The notes under the pieces: model-generated | Told to the model about the DNA's origin: nothing | The model's database searches: none | The model's input: the letters and a program-made list of their open reading frames with translations, nothing else | Part shown: positions 61,251-64,000 of the stretch, piece after piece | How positions within the stretch are numbered: the first letter of the stretch is position 1 | Layout: every line of letters starts with the position of its first letter | Position numbers and translations under genes: made by a program | Assembly (NCBI GenBank): GCA_964247055.1 | Contig: OZ176052.1 | Span: forward strand, 12,462,001 to 12,526,000 | Direction: 5' to 3' | DNA length: 64,000 bases | From: Paragordius varius | Taxonomy: Eukaryota; Animalia; Nematomorpha

Positions 61251-64000
61251 CATTGATAACTTATATAATAAATATAGTTAACATATCTGAGTAGGTAAAA
61301 ATGCATGTTACGGTTTTATGTTTGACATTTATTTTCCATCAACTATTTATATTTTAACAAACAACTTATGTCACCAAAGATTGAAAAGATCAAGATATAT
61401 AAAACATCTTTTAAAGTATCTGAATATCGCCAAATATAAATAAATTTATTTAAATTATAAATGTATAATTATACAAAATATTCATATTATGTTTGAAATT
61501 AACATTCTTCTTATTGATAATAATACAGGTAATTTGTTTATATAAATGATGTACGATGCGGTGTGCGTTCATGATGATCATATGGATTCAAGAATAGTAT
61601 AAGATGAAGATAATCCTGAAAATTTTAATCACCATCATTTTTTAGGTAGATTCTATCACCTAAAATATAAGATAATTGATATATTAGAAAATTGATACCT
61701 GGATTAAATATTGGGGGAAACATTCATAGTTTGAAAGGGAACTCAAAAGGTTGACTTGGCTTTTTAACAACTAAATTTGCAAAAAAATATTTTCTTCATG
61801 ATAAAAAATTCAAAAATGATACCTTATTTTACGTTTTCGTTTTACCATCCTAAACTATAAATATAAAAAATTATTCTTCACCAAAGCAAACAATGTTAGA
61901 CTGATGTGAATTTAAGTCAGTAAGATAGTAAGACGGTAAGACAGAAAGATAGTAAGACGGTAAGACAGTAAGATAGTAAGACGGTAAGACAGTAAGCATA
62001 AGACAGTAAGATATTTGTATAAAAAACATACATTCGTGATAAGTCTGCTAATAGGAGACTTATCAAAATTTCAAAGTATTATAACTTGAAAAATATTGCA
62101 TCTTTTTGAATTCTGTAAACTGGAGGATTGAAAGTCAGGTATCCTTTACAAATAATATATAGGGTTGAGTGAAAATGCGTAATTCTTTCGACACGAAACT
62201 GAGTTTACTAAACACCTCCAAAAATTGTATAAATCTGAAGAAAATGGCATCTATACCATTGTTTCTTATTTGGTAAATATTTTTTTTATATTTTTACAGT
62301 TTTAACAATTTTTTTTAAAAAAATTGTACTTCATGGTTCTGACAACAACAAAAATAAATATAGCTAAATATTATTATAATAAATTTGAATTTTGTATTCT
62401 AAAATCAGCTTACCCGATAATAACCGTTTTCCCCTAAAATTTTACATGCAGAACGATATCAGATCCAGGGAAGTTTTGGTGGAATTACTTGAAAAAATTT
62501 ATTATAATAATATTTAGCTATATTTATTTTTGTTGTTGTCAGAACCATGAAGTACAATTTTTTTAAAAAAAATTGTTAAAACTGTAAAAATATAAAAAAA
62601 ATATTTACCAAATAAGAAACAATGGTATAGATGCCATTTTCTTCTATAATACCCAAGATTTTTTATATATTTTTTAAGATTTATAAAATTTTTGGAGGTG
62701 TTTAGTAAACTCAGTTTCGTGTCGAAAGAATTACGCATTTTCACTCAACCCTATATATTATTTGTAAAGGATACCTGACTTTCAATCCTCCAGTTTACAG
62801 AATTCAAAAAGATGCAATATTTTTCAAGTTATAATACTTTGAAATTTTGATAAGTCTCCTATTAGCAGACTTATCACGAATGTATGTTTTTTATACAAAT
62901 ATCTTACTGTCTTATGCTTACTGTCTTACCGTCTTACTATCTTACTGTCTTACCGTCTTACTATCTTTCTGTCTTACCGTCTTACTATCTTACTGACTTA
63001 AATTCACATCAGTCTAACATTGTTTGCTTTGGTGAAGAATAATTTTTTATATTTATAGTTTAGGATGGTAAAACGAAAACGTAAAATAAGGTATCATTTT
63101 TGAATTTTTTATCATGAAGAAAATATTTTTTTGCAAATTTAGTTGTTAAAAAGCCAAGTCAACCTTTTGAGTTCCCTTTCAAACTATGAATGTTTCCCCC
63201 AATATTTAATCCAGGTATCAATTTTCTAATATATCAATTATCTTATATTTTAGGTGATAGAATCCACCTAAAAAATGATGGTGATTAAAATTTTCAGGAT
63301 TATCTACATCTTATACTATTCTTGAATCCATATGATCATCATGAACGCACACCGCATCGTACATCATTTATATAAACAAATTACCTGTATTATTATCAAT
63401 AAGAAGAATGTTAATTTCAAACATAATATGAATATTTTGTATAATTATACATTTATAATTTAAATAAATTTATTATTTGGCGATATTCAGATACTTTAAA
63501 AGATGTTTTATATATCTTGATCTTATTTTCAATCTTTGGTGACATAAGTTGTTTGTTAAAATATAAATAGTTGATGGAAAATAAAATGTCAAACATAAAA
63601 CCGTAACATGCATTTTTACCTACTCAGATATGTTAACTATATTTATTATATAAGTTATCAATGTAAAAAAAATATTTTAAAAAATTCAAAAAACCGCAAG
63701 TCATAGTAATTTTTACCTGTATATATCAATGTATCACAAATATATAGTAATAAATAAATTAGCAAGGTTGAACAAAAAATAAAATTTACTAATTTAATAA
63801 AAACCGCAATTTACACAAGTTTTTTAAATGTCCATATTTAGTAATTAATTAAATAACAATGATACAAGATACAAAAAATGTTACATTTGAAATTTGTTAA
63901 AAACCGCCATTTTCACCTGTATTTATTAAAATTTCCAAATATGTAGTAATTAATTACAATTAACAATATTAAATAAAAAAACAAGAAAATATTAAATTTT
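60914..64000. mobile_element. Large near-perfect inverted repeat (foldback-like); arms 60914-62386 and 62495-64000+, 108-bp spacer; continues beyond the window
   Basis: The right arm is the reverse complement of the left arm up to the last base of the window. Few SNPs, one 3-bp and one ~32-bp indel seen. Confidence 0.92.
61919..62012 (+). repeat. 7-bp microsatellite (A/G)GTAAGA(T/C), mirrored at ~62900-62994
   Basis: About 13 units (AGTAAGAT, AGTAAGAC, GGTAAGAC) present in both palindrome arms. Confidence 0.9.

Noticed and set aside
62387-62494. Palindrome spacer as a citrate synthase exon (GKTVIIG resembles GKTVVG on the minus strand)
   Set aside because: Only a few residues match, a stop follows immediately, and no flanking CS sequence is present.
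61919-62994. GTAAGA(C/T) heptamer tract as a telomeric repeat
   Set aside because: It is short, heterogeneous and internal to both palindrome arms, and matches no telomere motif I know.
60914-64000. Palindrome as a pure amplification or assembly artefact
   Set aside because: The arms differ by several SNPs and two clean indels and enclose a unique spacer, which favours a real structure. It is not fully excluded without long reads.
1-64000. tRNA, rRNA, snRNA or spliced-leader genes
   Set aside because: No cloverleaf, rRNA, U-snRNA or SL1-like sequence was recognised by eye. tRNAscan-SE/Infernal would be needed to exclude divergent copies.

Overview
Very AT-rich, intron-containing eukaryotic DNA from an animal, judged by its DM-domain, ZP/cuticlin, Kunitz, ketohexokinase and PWWP-IBD genes. 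The taxon cannot be assigned from sequence alone. I reconstructed spliced models by hand for nine genes: Dmrt (DMRTA-like), KHK, LEPROT/VPS55, NAE1, a secreted Kunitz protein, a ZP-domain membrane protein, an FKBP-TPR protein, a LEDGF/HDGFL2-like PWWP-IBD protein, and the 3' two-thirds of citrate synthase. Most of these are fragmented or missing in the ORF track because they are cut by 19 ultra-short (23-29 nt) GT-AG introns. Several of these introns fall where I recall vertebrate orthologues having introns. They coexist with 26 longer introns (56-796 nt), and no confidently placed intron is 30-55 nt. The first LEPROT intron cannot be spliced in frame at its conserved donor unless a 1-nt exon between two micro-introns is used, or a conserved segment is lost. 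Intergenic and intronic DNA is dense in DNA transposons. These include a decayed Mos1-like mariner, hAT elements (one with a perfect 8-bp TSD), two Chapaev3-like elements with TAA TSDs and an RTE fragment. There is also a clan of TA-flanked CCATTT...AAATGG MITEs carrying three different 21-bp subterminal arrays, one nested Russian-doll fashion. A near-perfect palindrome of more than 3 kb runs off the right edge, probably inside a citrate synthase intron. No tRNA, rRNA or CRISPR features were found. Orthologue comparisons are from recalled sequences, and all identities are by eye, not computed.
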